Source: Azolla caroliniana
Lineage: Eukaryota; Plantae; Polypodiophyta
DNA: 64,000 nucleotides
Assembly (NCBI GenBank): GCA_043228905.1
Contig: JBHGNT010000021.1
Span: 8,680,001 to 8,744,000 of the forward strand
Direction of reading: 5' to 3'
Positions 12,360 through 24,300 of the stretch are shown here, piece after piece. The notes under the pieces were generated by a model. That model ran no database searches, had not been told where the DNA came from, and saw only the letters and a list, made by a program, of their open reading frames with translations. The translations under genes and the position numbers were made by a program. Every line of letters begins with the position of its first letter. Within the stretch, counting starts at the first letter, position 1.

Positions 12360-13006
12360 TGTCGCGTTACTACGCGCGTGCGTGGAGAAACGAGGCGGGA
12401 CCACCGGGGTCTTGGACCGAAGAGCAGGTGATAGAAGGGGAATGAGAGAGAGAGACGCCCTGTCACGTATGAGTAAGAAACACAGGGGGGCATGGCCCCT
12501 CAACACAGAAGACGCGAATGGACACAGAGATAGGGAGACACAAGTGTTTGTATATTAACGAATATCAAATACACAACAGAGCACGCGAGCGGCTACAACC
12601 GAGCAGGCCGGCGAACAGATGCCGATGCCTGGTTGTCTGCGTACGAAAGGAGAAAAGGGTGGAGGAGCTGCTGGAAGCACACGGGCGTTCCTCGAAGTAG
12701 CGCGAGCCTCCCGAAACCCTGCAGAGAAGAGTGATGGAGAATGAACAGAGGAGAAGCGTTCGGTTCCGGTCTGGCATCACTTCATCCTCCTTAATGCGCT
12801 ATCCCTTCTCCCTCCGTCTCCCTCTCCTTTATAGCTTCAAGAAGGGAGCCGTCTCCCTCATTTACTCCCCACCCACCGAATCTAACTACCCGGATATGCC
12901 TTTGTACTTAATTCCCTATTATATACATTAAGGGCGCGCACACGTGAAGAGTCTGTTCACGCGTGCTATGCACCGATTGCGCCAAGGGACGGTTTTCTTC
13001 ACGACA
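12360..13006 (-). repeat. G2 5' LTR
   Basis: Adjacent to the PBS; repeat of 5982-6627. Confidence 0.95.
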
Positions 13007-13062
13007 GCGCGTTCACACGCATTTGGCTATGTTTCCCCGTATGTCCTGAAATCTTCACGACA

Positions 13063-13386
13063 CCGTTAAACTGAAGCATTAAAACATTTTCAAACCGTTA
13101 AGCCATTAAATGATTAAAACTATAGTTTCATGGTTCGGTTTCGGTTTTCAACTTAGGTCAAAATTCAAATTTTAAAATTTAAAGATTTTCATAAAATGTG
13201 AGAATAAGGCCTGAAAATGAAAAGATTGTTTAAAAACAATTTTTAAATTTTAAAAAAAAATTGCTAAATTGTTTAAACAACTGTTTCTAACTGTTGAAAT
13301 TGAATCGAACCGAACTGTTTAAATCGAACCCGCGGTTTTGCAATTCGGTTCGCTTCAAACCGAACCGTTGCCGACTATTGGCTCTA
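13063..13386. mobile_element. Possible end of an AT-rich hAT-like/MITE DNA transposon (the target of G1)
   Basis: AT-rich, with repeated AACCG/CGGTT motifs resembling hAT subterminal repeats; only one end visible. Confidence 0.35.
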
Positions 13387-15042
13387 ACAATCTGGACTAA
13401 AGCTGGAATTTTGGGCTGAGACACTGTAACTAACCTTCTACTTGATAAATCTATCACCATCGAGAGTAGTGCGGCCCGAAGTGCCATAGACACTATGTTG
13501 TGGCAAACAACTAACCTATGATAGGCTCTGTATATTCGAATGAGAAACCTATGCCTTGATCCCCAGGGATAAAAGGACCAAGTTGGGACCCCATGCACTT
13601 AAATGTATATTTCTCGGTTATGGAACTGATGGGGACTTCGGCCATCGGTTATGGGATATAGAGAACTGGAAACTGATCTAGGGTAGTGACGTAGTCTTGA
13701 ACGAAAGCCAAATTCTCTCTGAATGGAACCAACCGAAAAGAGTTGGCAAAAGAGTCTCCTTTGACATAGGCAGATATGTTGTAGAAGGACCGACCCACTG
13801 GGCCGAATTGGCTTTTCGACAAATAGTCGAAGACGACCCAGCCAATGACCCCTCTACTGAATTCAAAACGGCAAGAGGTCCTCTAGTCGAAATTGACCTC
13901 AATTTGACAAAAAGATTGACAAATGCCGAATCGGCAAAGTATGTTGAAAGGGCCATAAGAGGAACACAAGATAAGATGCCGAAAGGCTTAGCCGAACCGG
14001 CCATGGCTTCTACTCCTTCGTCAATAAATCCCCAAAAAAGAGAGAGTGACTTGACATTGCCGAAGTAGTATTTAAGGGGCGATTCATCCCACATGACTCC
14101 TGACGATGGTTCAAGAAATTCCCATCAGCCGACAGAGATGACCAAAAGATCTGAACCAAAGACTTTGACACCCTGGAGATTCGGATGAGTTTGAACGCCG
14201 ACCAAGTTTTATCAATCGTGCCTTGACTAGGTCAACTATACGAACGTGGGCAAACCTAGTTCCGGTGAGGAAGCTATAGCGGCACTGGACGTGACATGTG
14301 GGTACAAGCCATGAGATCCGAGAAGGACTCAATCAAGGAAAATAAGACATGGGAGCTGGTTGAACTACTAGCTAATCGGAAGCCGCCACCGTACAAATGG
14401 GGCTACCAATACAAGTATGTATCGACTTTGGAAAGACCCAAGTACAAAGCTCGGCTCATCGCCAAATGTTTCAAACAAGTACAAAGATCTTCTCGCCGAT
14501 AGTCAAAATGACCACCCTTCGGCTCGGTCTCGTAGTAAAAAGGACCCAGAGCTTGAATAGCTTGACATCAAGAAGGCCTTCTTACACGGAGATCTTGATG
14601 ATGCCATTTACATGTCGGCAGGCTTCACAACGACGGGGGAGCAAGGTCACCTCGTCTGCAAGCAAAAGAAGAGCCTATATGGCCTCAAGCAAACATCGAG
14701 AATGTGGTATCAGAAGTTTGATACCTACATCCCGCAGCTTGGCTACAGCCAGTTGGACTCCGACCAATGCATGTACATCTGGTGATTGGCCGATCAGTCT
14801 CAGATCTACCTAATCCTATATGTCGACGATATGCTAATTACATAGAGCAATCAAGCAAAAGTCAGAAAATTAAAGTGGAGCATTCCCAACAAATTTTCGA
14901 TGAAGGAACTCAAACAAGCTCAACATATCTTGGGCATGAGGATCAAGCGAAATCGGATGACAAAGACTATTAGGCTCTCCCAGTCTGATTATATCTGAAA
15001 GGTGCTTAGAAGGTTTAACATGGAGAATGCTAAGTTGGCACC

Positions 15043-15209
15043 GACTCCGCTCCCGATGTCGATGAGATGACTAACAAACAAGGACTCTCCTTTGACCAAT
15101 GAGGAGAGAAAGCTCAATTGGAAGGGTGACTCCGCTCCTGATGTCGATGAGATGACTAACAAACAAGGACTCTCCTTTGACCGATGAGGAGAGAAAGCTC
15201 AATTGGAAG
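15043..15209. repeat. 82-bp tandem duplication with 3-nt filler in C0 RT
   Basis: 15043-15124 and 15128-15209 are nearly identical. Confidence 0.9.
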
Positions 15210-15533
15210 ATACCCTATCCATCGACTGTAAGAAGTATTATGTACGCAATGGTGGCGACCCGACCTGACCTTGTATATATGCCATAAGGGTTTGTTGAGA
15301 ATCAAGCTCAACTTGATCTAGTGTGTGAACTCACCTTGAGAGTGAATAGACATTCCAATGGTCAAGAGTCACCATTAAGTCACCACTTTGTATTCTAGCA
15401 TTTAGTAAGAGTCATAGAATCATATTCTATGACACATAACTTATGAGCTTTCACATTCCCCATGCTCCATGAGTCTTGTAGTTAGTGAAGAAAGAGGGTG
15501 ACTATATAAAGCAACCTCTGTCATGATATGGCA

Positions 15534-15588
15534 AGACTCGAACCCATGACCTTATGCTACATGGGTCGAGCTCTTGACCATTAGACTA
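15534..15588 (-). promoter_or_regulatory. tRNA-like A-box/B-box pair in the T2 LTR (antisense)
   Basis: A-box TAGTCTAATGG and B-box GGTTCGAGTCT start 44 nt apart; same layout at 1487-1541 in T1. Confidence 0.55.
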
Positions 15589-15989
15589 TACATTGTAATA
15601 CGTAAAATATTATTTTCATTTATGTTTTATTATAGAAAATTGATGTATATTCCAGATTTCTCTGGAACATTCTAGAAACTTCAGGAGTATTCCTTAGAAC
15701 ACTATAAAAGGAGGCACAAGGCATTATTTCGAACCAAATCGGTTCAACGCTAGTCTTAAGCCTCCTAGCTACTGTACATTTTCTTCACATAATATATATC
15801 TTTTCTTATCATCACTCTCTCTCCCTCTCGATCTCTCTCTCCCTCCCTCTCACTCACTCTTTCCTTCTCTCGAGAGTTCTTCACCTCTCTTAGTACTAAT
15901 ACTTCTTTTAATACTAATTCCTTCTCTCATTTTCCTACCTTCTGTCTCTCATTTCCTACTAATCTCTTATTCCTCTTTTCTTTCATCCC

Positions 15990-17053
15990 ATGGCCACTGT
16001 TATCGCTGAAGAATATCAATCTGTTTTTTCAGAATTTCAATGCTTGAAAGAGAAGTTTCATGCTTTGGAACCGTGCAACAACTCGAAGCCACCATCGTAG
16101 CGATGCAACAACAAGGGCCCGGAACACAAGGGATTCATAAAGAACCCAAGATTGGCCTTCCCACAAAGTTCGATGGAACGCGATCGTAGTTTAGAGGGTT
16201 CCTTAACCAGGTACGATTAGTTATTCAAATGCATCCTTCGCGATATCCCACCGATGCATCACGAGTGGGTTTAGTAGGCACTTTGTTAAGTGGCTCAGCG
16301 TTGGCATGGTTCGCTCCACTACTAGAAAAGGAATCTCCGTTACTCAACAATTTTGAAGAGTTTCTAGGTGAGTTTAAAGCATGTTTCGGAGATACTGACA
16401 GCATCAGGACCGCAATCAACAAAATTCGGCGATTACGCCAAGGTGACCGTCCAGCCTCTGCATACGCTGCAGATTTTCGCCTACTCGCCACTGATATCCC
16501 TTGGGATGATCAAGCGTTGATGGAGCAATTTCGTTATGGTTTACGCAACGACGTCAAGGATTTACTCTTGACCTTCCCTGAAGAGCCAAAGTCCTTAACA
16601 GAAGCAATCAGTCGCGCGGTGAGATGTGACAATCGCCTCTTTGAGCGACGTTCGGAACGACAACTACAAATGCCGAGGGCAAGATCAAAGCCCACCTACG
16701 CCTCAATGGTATCAAGACCTTTTCCGAGGGAGTCATATAATGCGCCTCCAGCGAATACTCCAACTCCGATGGAGATTGACACTACACGTCGTCGAGGACC
16801 ATTATCCGAAGAAGAAAAGCAGCGACGTCGTACAAATCGACTATGTCTCTACTGCGGTGGACCAGGACATATTGCAATAAATTGCCCCCATAGGCCAAGA
16901 AGACAGGTAAACCAAATAGTCGCTAGTTCTAATTGTACTAAACCCAAGCCTATTTCAGTAGGGATATCTGATAGTCCTAATACTACTAATAGCCGAGATC
17001 TAGCGAACAGATTTGATGTCCTTAGTCAGTTAGAAGAAGAGTTAAACGACTAA
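15990..17053 (+). pseudogene. gag: T2 gag (disrupted N-terminus)
   Basis: PTKFDG, LRQGDRPASAYAADF, FRYGL, PMEID, CLYCGGPGHIAINC. Confidence 0.9.
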
Positions 17054-17085
17054 GTCCAGCCAAAATAGGAGCCGTTTGGTTGGAC
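17041..17085 (+). promoter_or_regulatory. T2 gag/pol -1 frameshift signal
   Basis: G UUA AAC, 6-nt spacer, 11-bp stem GUCCAGCCAAA/UUUGGUUGGAC; the -1 frame is open into the protease. Confidence 0.75.
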
Positions 17086-17512
17086 AACCCTAGATCTGTG
17101 CAACCCATTAGTGGTTCCATTCCCTCTAAGCAAGTTAGTGATGTGTTCGTAGCCCAATTAATAGTTAGTACTAAAAGTACCCCTCCAGTACATGTCCTAG
17201 CACTCCTAGATTCCAGAGCTAACTCTTGCTTTATGGATAAGAAATTTGCTCAAGCTCATAAGATATCCCTAAGAAAACTCCAGTGTCCAGCCTCTATAGT
17301 AGTCATTGATGGACGTCCCATTGCTTCCGGAAATATCATAGAAGAGTTAGAGCCCATTAATATTGTCTTAGATAACTTAACATGTGTAGTATCATTTAAT
17401 ATTATTAGTATCCCAGAACATCCCATAGTTTTAGGATTACCGTGGTTCGAGTTCCATAACCCAGACATAGATTGGAGAACAAGAGAAATCTAGTGTCGAC
17501 AAACCCAAGGGT
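17080..17512 (+). pseudogene. pol: T2 aspartic protease
   Basis: ALLDSRANSCF and IVLGLPW motifs; cut by G3. Confidence 0.88.
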
Positions 17513-17952
17513 TGTTGTCTGTCTGGCCGGACTAGCCTCAACACAGGTGTCTATCCGACACTTCTCCAAAGGGGTGGTAAGGATTGGATGCTAGGTTACA
17601 CGCATAAGATGATTACAATTAAGCATAGACGGCAAACAATACGAGATACAGATAAATACGCAATAATTACTATTGTATTACTTCCGTCAAAACACTTTAC
17701 AAATCATCGGATCCTTTTATAGGCATCCGGCAAGGTTACAATCGGTGCGCTTAGGCAACCGACATCCGAATCGGTTCGGATCCGGATCGGTACAACTGTA
17801 CCGAATCCGTCCCTCCGAATAATAATTCTACTATTATTTACTTCCTATTATCCGATCCGATTCCGCCTTCCCACTTGTCCTTGCTCTTCTGACCGGCCAA
17901 CACATGGCACGCCCGTGGGAAAGTGCCTTGCACTTCGAATCCACTCCCGGCC

Positions 17953-20900
17953 TCAGTCTTCCTCCAAAATATCGAGCACACTTTGCTCGATAGTGTCAAG
18001 TGGTGCTTCTTCCTCCTGTTCCTGTTCCTTGCCTGCCTGGTCTCCGACCTCCTGTTGGGTAGGCTGTTCCATAAAAATTTGTTGCTCCGGCTCTGCTTGA
18101 TTCTGTGGTGCCGGTGCTTCCTCACCGCTTCGTCCGGGTTCTTCCTGTTCTCCCTCCGTTCCTGGCTCTGTTCTGTTACCGGTGTCGCTTTGTCCGGTCT
18201 CGACTGGCGGACTCGATATGCCTCCTTCCTCTGCTTTGGTGTCTTCCGGTCTCAGCTCTTCTTCTTCTCCGGCATCGGTCTGCTCCTGCTCTTCTTCAAG
18301 TTCGTCTTCGGGTATTCCTCGTCGGGGTTGTTCGGTGTCGGTTGGTTCATCTTCAGCCGGTCGCTCTCCCTCACTTATCGTGATTGGCGTCGTTCTTCCC
18401 TTAGCTTCCTGTCGTACCCGGTCCTGCTCGTATCTCTCGAACTCCAACTGAGTTGCGAGCTGCCCGTCATCCAACCTCTCTACCAACCCTCGGATTTCTT
18501 TGAGGTGTTCTTCTGCTAAAGTGTAGAAATCCTTCGACAATTCTTCCCGAATGGCGACGATACTTTCTTCATCCATCTTGTAGAACCTGTCACCGGTCTT
18601 CCTCCGATTCTCGGCATCCGCTCGGAGTGTCTGCAGCTCGGCTGCCTGTTGTGACCACTCCTTCCATAGCTTTTCCGTACTTTCGTTGATGCTTGCCTGA
18701 GCTCGGGTACTCCATCCCGACATGATGAGCTTGATCCGGTCAACCCCTGCCTTAGCATGCGCATAAGCTTCCTGCTTTTCCTTCCTTGCCCGTTTTATAA
18801 TGTCGGCCATTATCTGAGCCTGGGCCTCGTAATCTGCTTTCTGCTTTTCATAGGTACTCTGCAGTTTGCTGATCGTGAAGGTCGATTTTTCCTTTTCTTC
18901 ATTCCTGATCTTGGTCAGGTCCAGCTTTTCCCGCCTTAGCGCCTCTAATTCCTTCCTTCTCTCCGTTGCTTGGGCTATTTCCGCCGACAATGCTTCCTTG
19001 TTGGCACTGACCTCATCCATCGCCTTAGCCAGGTCTAATCGGGTCTCTTTGAGCTGCTCTTTCAGCTTCTCTATTTGCCGGTCGTAGTCTGCTGCCCGTT
19101 TTTTGTTGTCCGACTCGGCCTGCTTGTGATCTCGGTAGAGACGGTCGAAGTCCTCCGTCATCTGCTTCAGGCGTCGGGATGCCTGAGCTCTTAACCGATC
19201 GTCCCGGTCCTTCTGTTGTCGGAGTTCTTCCTGCAGTCGTTCTATCTCTTGCTCGGCATGTCGACGTAGTCGGTCCTTCTCCTTCTGCAGCTTCTCTTTT
19301 TCTTCTTGCAGTCGGTCATTAGCGGCTCGACCTTTCCGGAGGCCTTCTTCCATTTTTCGTCTGTCGTCCTCCACCGCTTTCCGTTGCTCCCTTTCTCTTT
19401 CCCTTAATGCCTCCTGAGCTTTTAACTCCTCTCGTAAGGTTTCTATTATTTTTTCGGTCTCAGGGCCGGTTTGCAAGGCTACCGGTTCCGGTTCCGGTTC
19501 CGGTTGCTTCCTTGTCCCGACCGGCTCGGTGACAGCTTGTGCTTGTTGAATTCCTTCCCTTGCCTGCAACAGCTCCCCTTGCATTTCCTTGATCTGTGTT
19601 CGGAGCGCGACCAACTCCTGAGTTGTTGTATGCGTTAGCTGTTGCCTACACGTTTCTTCTTTCTCTAACTGGTCTGCTACTCCCGATAACTGCTCCGAAA
19701 GCCATCTCAGCCATTGTGGCTTTGTTCTTCCGGTGTCGGGGTGGCCTTGCTCACTTAAGCCAGGCTGATTTTCCGGCCTCTTCTCTGGCTCCGGCTCCGG
19801 CGCTTGTTCCTTCTTCTTCTCTGGGATGACCGGTTTTCTGAAGTCCGGCCCAACCGGTGTCGGTGCTGCTTCCCTGGGTACGGGTTCCGGTGCTATTTCC
19901 GCCTCGGTTACTGGAGATGGTCCTTGCGCCCTCTGCTGAGTTCTGTCCACTGGTGGAGCCGGTCCTTTCGCCCGTTTCTCCTGACCTTGTCTTGCTGGGA
20001 GTCTTACCAGTGGTTCGGATGAGTCTTCAGTTTCAGTTTCCTCCTCCGGTGCGATTACCAGACGGACCTTTTGTATAGAGACCTCTGGTTCCGGTTCCGG
20101 CCGTCGCAGCGTTATATGGATTGGTTTGCGCGCTACCGGTTCCTCCTCGACCGCTTTCCCTTTGCCTTTACCTGCCGGTTTTGCCTTTGTTGCCGGTTCC
20201 TGTTGCTGTCGGGATGGTCCTTCCCCCTGCTGTTCTGCTTCTTGTTGGGTCCATCTGGGGGTGTGTTTCTCCAAGATCTGTCGGCGCTTTGTGACCTTTT
20301 TCGGCGTCGTCTCCTACCGACCTCTTTTCTTTTGTGTGATGGGGAGCACCGGTGGGACTAACACCGTTAGCCATTGTGCTATCCCGGCCCATGGCTTTTT
20401 TCCTTCCACAAGATTTCTGATGGCCTCCTTCAATCCTTCGGTTATGAAATGGAGCCAGTCTATTTGTAAGCCCTCGTACGCTGCTATTAAGAACGCTGCC
20501 CGGTACTTGGCTATGGCTGGGGGACGGGGATTCACGAATCCATATTCCATCATAGCGCGGGCCACTTCTCCGAACAGCAGGTTCTCTCCGCCCTGCGTTC
20601 GGTACGCCTTGCTGCTGATAGAGTATTCCCCGAAATATTCGAACAGGATTTCACTGGAAGGGTTTTCGATTGTTTGAAGTCCTCCTGCTTTGATCCCCGT
20701 GAGCGCCTGCACCGCTCCTTCCGTGACTTCTGATATATCGATCGATGCTGCCGCCTGCTCTGGTTCTGCGTGTGGTGGAGCGTCGGCGATCCGCAGCAAT
20801 CCTTTTAACCCGTTCTCCCTCATCCATTGGCGTGCCTCTTCCGACAGTACCATTGTTCCGAATTCTTCGTCTGCTGCCTGTTGTTCGGGATCGCGCTGTG

Positions 20901-21054
20901 TGTGCTCTGTGCGTCGGGTCGCTCTTCTGTGCTTCTGCGCCTGTATGTAGGAAAATTCATAAAAAGTGAGCCCTTCGCAGGCTTGTGTCTTATATAGTGG
21001 GTTGTGCCTCGAGCCGCCCTTTTTCGTTTCCCGCGCATGTTCCTCTCCCGCCAT
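17953..21054 (-). CDS. G3 extra ORF (~1,033 codons, one in-frame TAG at 20314-20316): helical N-domain, basic patch, long coiled coil, acidic tail
   Basis: ORFs 20314-21117 and 17953-20274 share a frame (…KKRGR*ETTPKKVTKRRQILEKH…); first ATG at 21054; long E/K/R/Q-rich helical stretch. Confidence 0.8.
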
Positions 21055-21336
21055 AATTAGTATGTCCTTTCTTGTTTGCCGCGTGTGAGTGCCCACGTTC
21101 CATGCTTTAAATAGCAAGTCCGCGCACGTCCTTCTTTAATGCATGGTGCCTCTTCGTTGCATGGTGGCGCTCCCACCTCTTGTGATCTCCCCATCATTAC
21201 GATGATTCGCGTCGATTTTGCCCACGTCATTTTTTGTTTTATTTTATTTTATTTTATTTTATTTTATTATTTTTTTTTAATTTTTATTTATTTATTTATT
21301 TTTTATTTTTTCCTTTTTCCTTTTGCTTGGACCACG

Positions 21337-24300
21337 TCATTTGTTGGTCCCCCCCGATTTGTTCGGGTCGGTTCGTGTGGATACCGGATCCTTCTGTCGG
21401 TTTTCCGGGATAGTCTTCGTCAGTATCGGTGTCGGTTCTTCCTCGGTCCGAATATCTTCAGCAACGTCTGTCGGTGTCGGTTCCTCATATTGCCGGATTT
21501 CCGGGTTTCGCTTGAACGGGTTGGCTGGCATATTTCCTTTATACGGCTTTAGCCGAAATCCATTTGCCCACTTGCCGATGACATCTCTAGACAACGTGCC
21601 GAGCTGATACGACCCATTGTACTCCTTGGTGATCCAGAACGGTCCGGTCCATCGAAACCGCAACTTTCCCGGCATGTTCCCCATCCGTGTCTGAAATAGT
21701 AGCACCGGTTTCCCGACTTCAAACTCCTTTTCATTGCCACGCCGGTGTCGGTCCACGAAGGCTTTTCTCCTCCTTTGCTCCAGTTCGAGTTGTAGTAAGC
21801 TGGCTATTCGGTTTTCCTCTAATTCCAACAGCGTTGCCAGCCGGATTCGTTCGGACTCGTTCTCACTTAAGCGCTCCTTCACCTGAATCCGTAAGCTGGG
21901 GATCTGGAACTCTACCGGCATGACCGCTTCTAACCCGAATGCTAGTCGGAACGGGGTTGTTCGGATGCTGGTTTTGTATGTTGTTCGGTACGCCCATAGC
22001 GCGCTTTGCAATTTCGTATCCCAGTCGGTCCGGTTCTCGTTGACGATTTTTCGTAGGATGTTCTACAGAGTTTTGTTCGTTGATTCCGCTAGTCCATTGA
22101 CTTGAGGGTAGTAGGGTGTACTCTTTTTATGTACCACCGCGTAAAATGACGTCAGGCTTTCTACTACCTGCCCGAGAAAATGTCCTCCTTGGTCACTTAA
22201 AAGCTCGATCGGGCATCCATACCGGCACCATATGCATTCGTACAGAAACTTTGCCGTGGACGCGGCCGTGTTGTCCCGTAAGGCCTTTGCTTCTACCCAT
22301 TTGGTGCAATAGTCGGTCGCCACTATGACATACCGATTTCCGGTTCGCATTGCCGGTGGTTTGAAGGGATCGACAAAGTCCAACCCCCACTTTTGAAACG
22401 GTTCTAAGGGCAAGACCGGGTGGTGTGGCATCCGGGCCTGCTTTGTGGGTTGGCCCAGTCGTTGACACAAATCGCATTCTCTGCTATACTTCACGGCATC
22501 TTTTAGGGTGGTCGGCCACCACAGTCCGCTCTGCCATATTTTCCGAGCGGTTGCGTCGCCGGCATAATGCCCGCCGACAATTCCACAGTGGGCTTCCCTG
22601 AGGATTAGATCCTTCTCATCGCTCCGCACTGCTCGTCTCCAGATGCCATCTGCCCCCTTGTGATAGAGGGTGTCTCCAACCAAGCAGAAATGTCTACTTC
22701 TTACTGCTACCCTTTTCCTTTCATCGCGGTCCATGTTCTCCGGGGGAACTCCGGTGCTCAGGAACTGGTGCATCTCAGTTAGCCATGTGTCTTCGTCGGC
22801 TACCATTGTATCCGTTGCCGGTATCGTCGTGATCCGGAACAATTCGGCGTCGGGAAACTCATCCTGGACGCCGTCCCCTGCTTCTCCGGATTCGAGTCTG
22901 CTTAGATAGTCCGCTACCGCGTGCTGCGCCCCGGGTCGGTGGAAAATGTCGAATTCAAATTCCTGTAGTAGCAGTGTCCACCGTGCAATTTTTCCCGTCG
23001 GGGATGCCTTCGAGACCAGGTAGAGTAGTGCCGAATGGTCGACATGGAAGGAAAACTTCCTTCCGAGCAGATAGTGCCTGTACTTTGTGACACTATACAC
23101 CATTCCCAATGCCTCGCGTTCCGTCGTAGAGTAATTCCGTTCGGCTTTTGAGAGTTTCCGGCTTGCGTAGTACACCGGTCGGTACCATTTCGGCTCTGTG
23201 AGTTGCATCAGAACGCTGCCGATTGCTACGTTTGATGCGTCGATGAAGACGTGAAAGCTTTTACTCCAATCCGGCTGTTGCACCATCGGAGCTTGCGACA
23301 ACATAACCTTCAACGCTTTGTAGGATTCCTCCTCCGTCTCTGCCCATAGGAAGGGTACCCTATGTACGGCGGTATGTAACGGTGTAGCGAAGTCCGCGAG
23401 GTGCCGTATCATCCGGCTATGCCACCTTATTTGGCCCAGGAACCGGCTTAAAGCCTTTGCGTTACTTGGTGCTGGTGCATCGAGAATCGCCTTGACTTTA
23501 TCCGGATCTACCGCGATTCCTTCCTTACTCACCACGTGCCCTAGCAAGTTGCCGCTTGCCACTCCAAAGACGCATTTGGCCGGATTTAGGCTCAATCGGT
23601 ACTCGCGGCACTTCTCCAAGCACAGCCAGAGGTGATCGAGATGCTCTCCGTGCCGGTTGTAGACCGTGAAATCGTCAAGGAAGACCTGCATAAAACCGGG
23701 GATATATTCCCCGAAAATTTCCATTATTATCCTTTGAAAGGTCACTGGAGCCGTCTTTAGTCCGAACATCATCACGACCGCGACGAACACTCCCCATTCC
23801 GTCACGAACGCTGTCTTCTCTTGGTCGGCCGGGTTCATTCGTATTTGGTTGTAGCCGCTAAATCCATCCAGGAAGCTGTAAACTTCGTGCCCGGCTACCG
23901 CATCTAACACCCCGTCCGTAAATGGTAGTGGAAACGCATCGGTCACTGTTGCGGCATTTAGTTTTCGGTAGTCCACGCATACCCGGATTTTGCCGTTCTT
24001 TTTCGGGACCACCACTATCGGACTTAGCCAGGTTGCCTGCTTGACCGGTCGTATAAATCCGACCCGGAGGAGCTTATCAATTTCCTCCTTCACCTTTGCC
24101 GCATAATTCGGATTCATCCGGTACCTGCGTTGAGCAATCGGTTTCGCGTCCGTACTTAGGTGAATTTGGTGCTGATAGAGCTGGGGGTTCCAGCCCTCGC
24201 ATGTCTTCGTACGACCACGCGAACACATCCTTGAAGTCTGTTAACAATGCTACCATTGCCTTCTTTTCTTCCTTCGGCAATTCCTTTGCAACATTTACCG

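Larger units (their letters stand above)
5982..13006 (-). mobile_element. G2: full-length Ty3/Gypsy element, tRNA-Trp primed, no chromodomain
   Basis: LTRs 5982-6627 and 12360-13006 (TG...CA, ~3% different); PBS 12338-12355; G-rich PPT at 6628-6644; 4-bp TSD GCGT/GCGC; order gag-PR-RT-RH-INT. Confidence 0.95.
1..13062 (-). mobile_element. G1: degenerate Ty3/Gypsy LTR retrotransposon (tRNA-Trp primed), 3' part outside the window; host to four insertions
   Basis: Gag-protease pieces at 4174-4831, ~3260-3457 and 51-1466 are homologous to G2 gag (WKIRTATR, IDHGSEINL protease motif). PBS at 4856-4873. 5' LTR is in three pieces (4878-5092, 5703-5981, 13011-13062), starts TGTTG and ends TCTTCACGACA like G2/G4 LTRs. 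Confidence 0.8.

Noticed and set aside
15357-15370. 12-bp match (AATGGTCAAGAG) between the C1 LTR and the T2 tRNA-like segment
   Set aside because: Short, no B-box at the right distance, and changed in the other C1 LTR; likely chance.
15525-15600. Functional tRNA gene
   Set aside because: A and B boxes are present but acceptor and anticodon stems do not pair; reported only as tRNA-like.
17953-20274. Host SMC/myosin-like gene or a true envelope gene
   Set aside because: Lies between the G3 LTRs, no ATPase or motor motifs, no convincing signal peptide or transmembrane helix.
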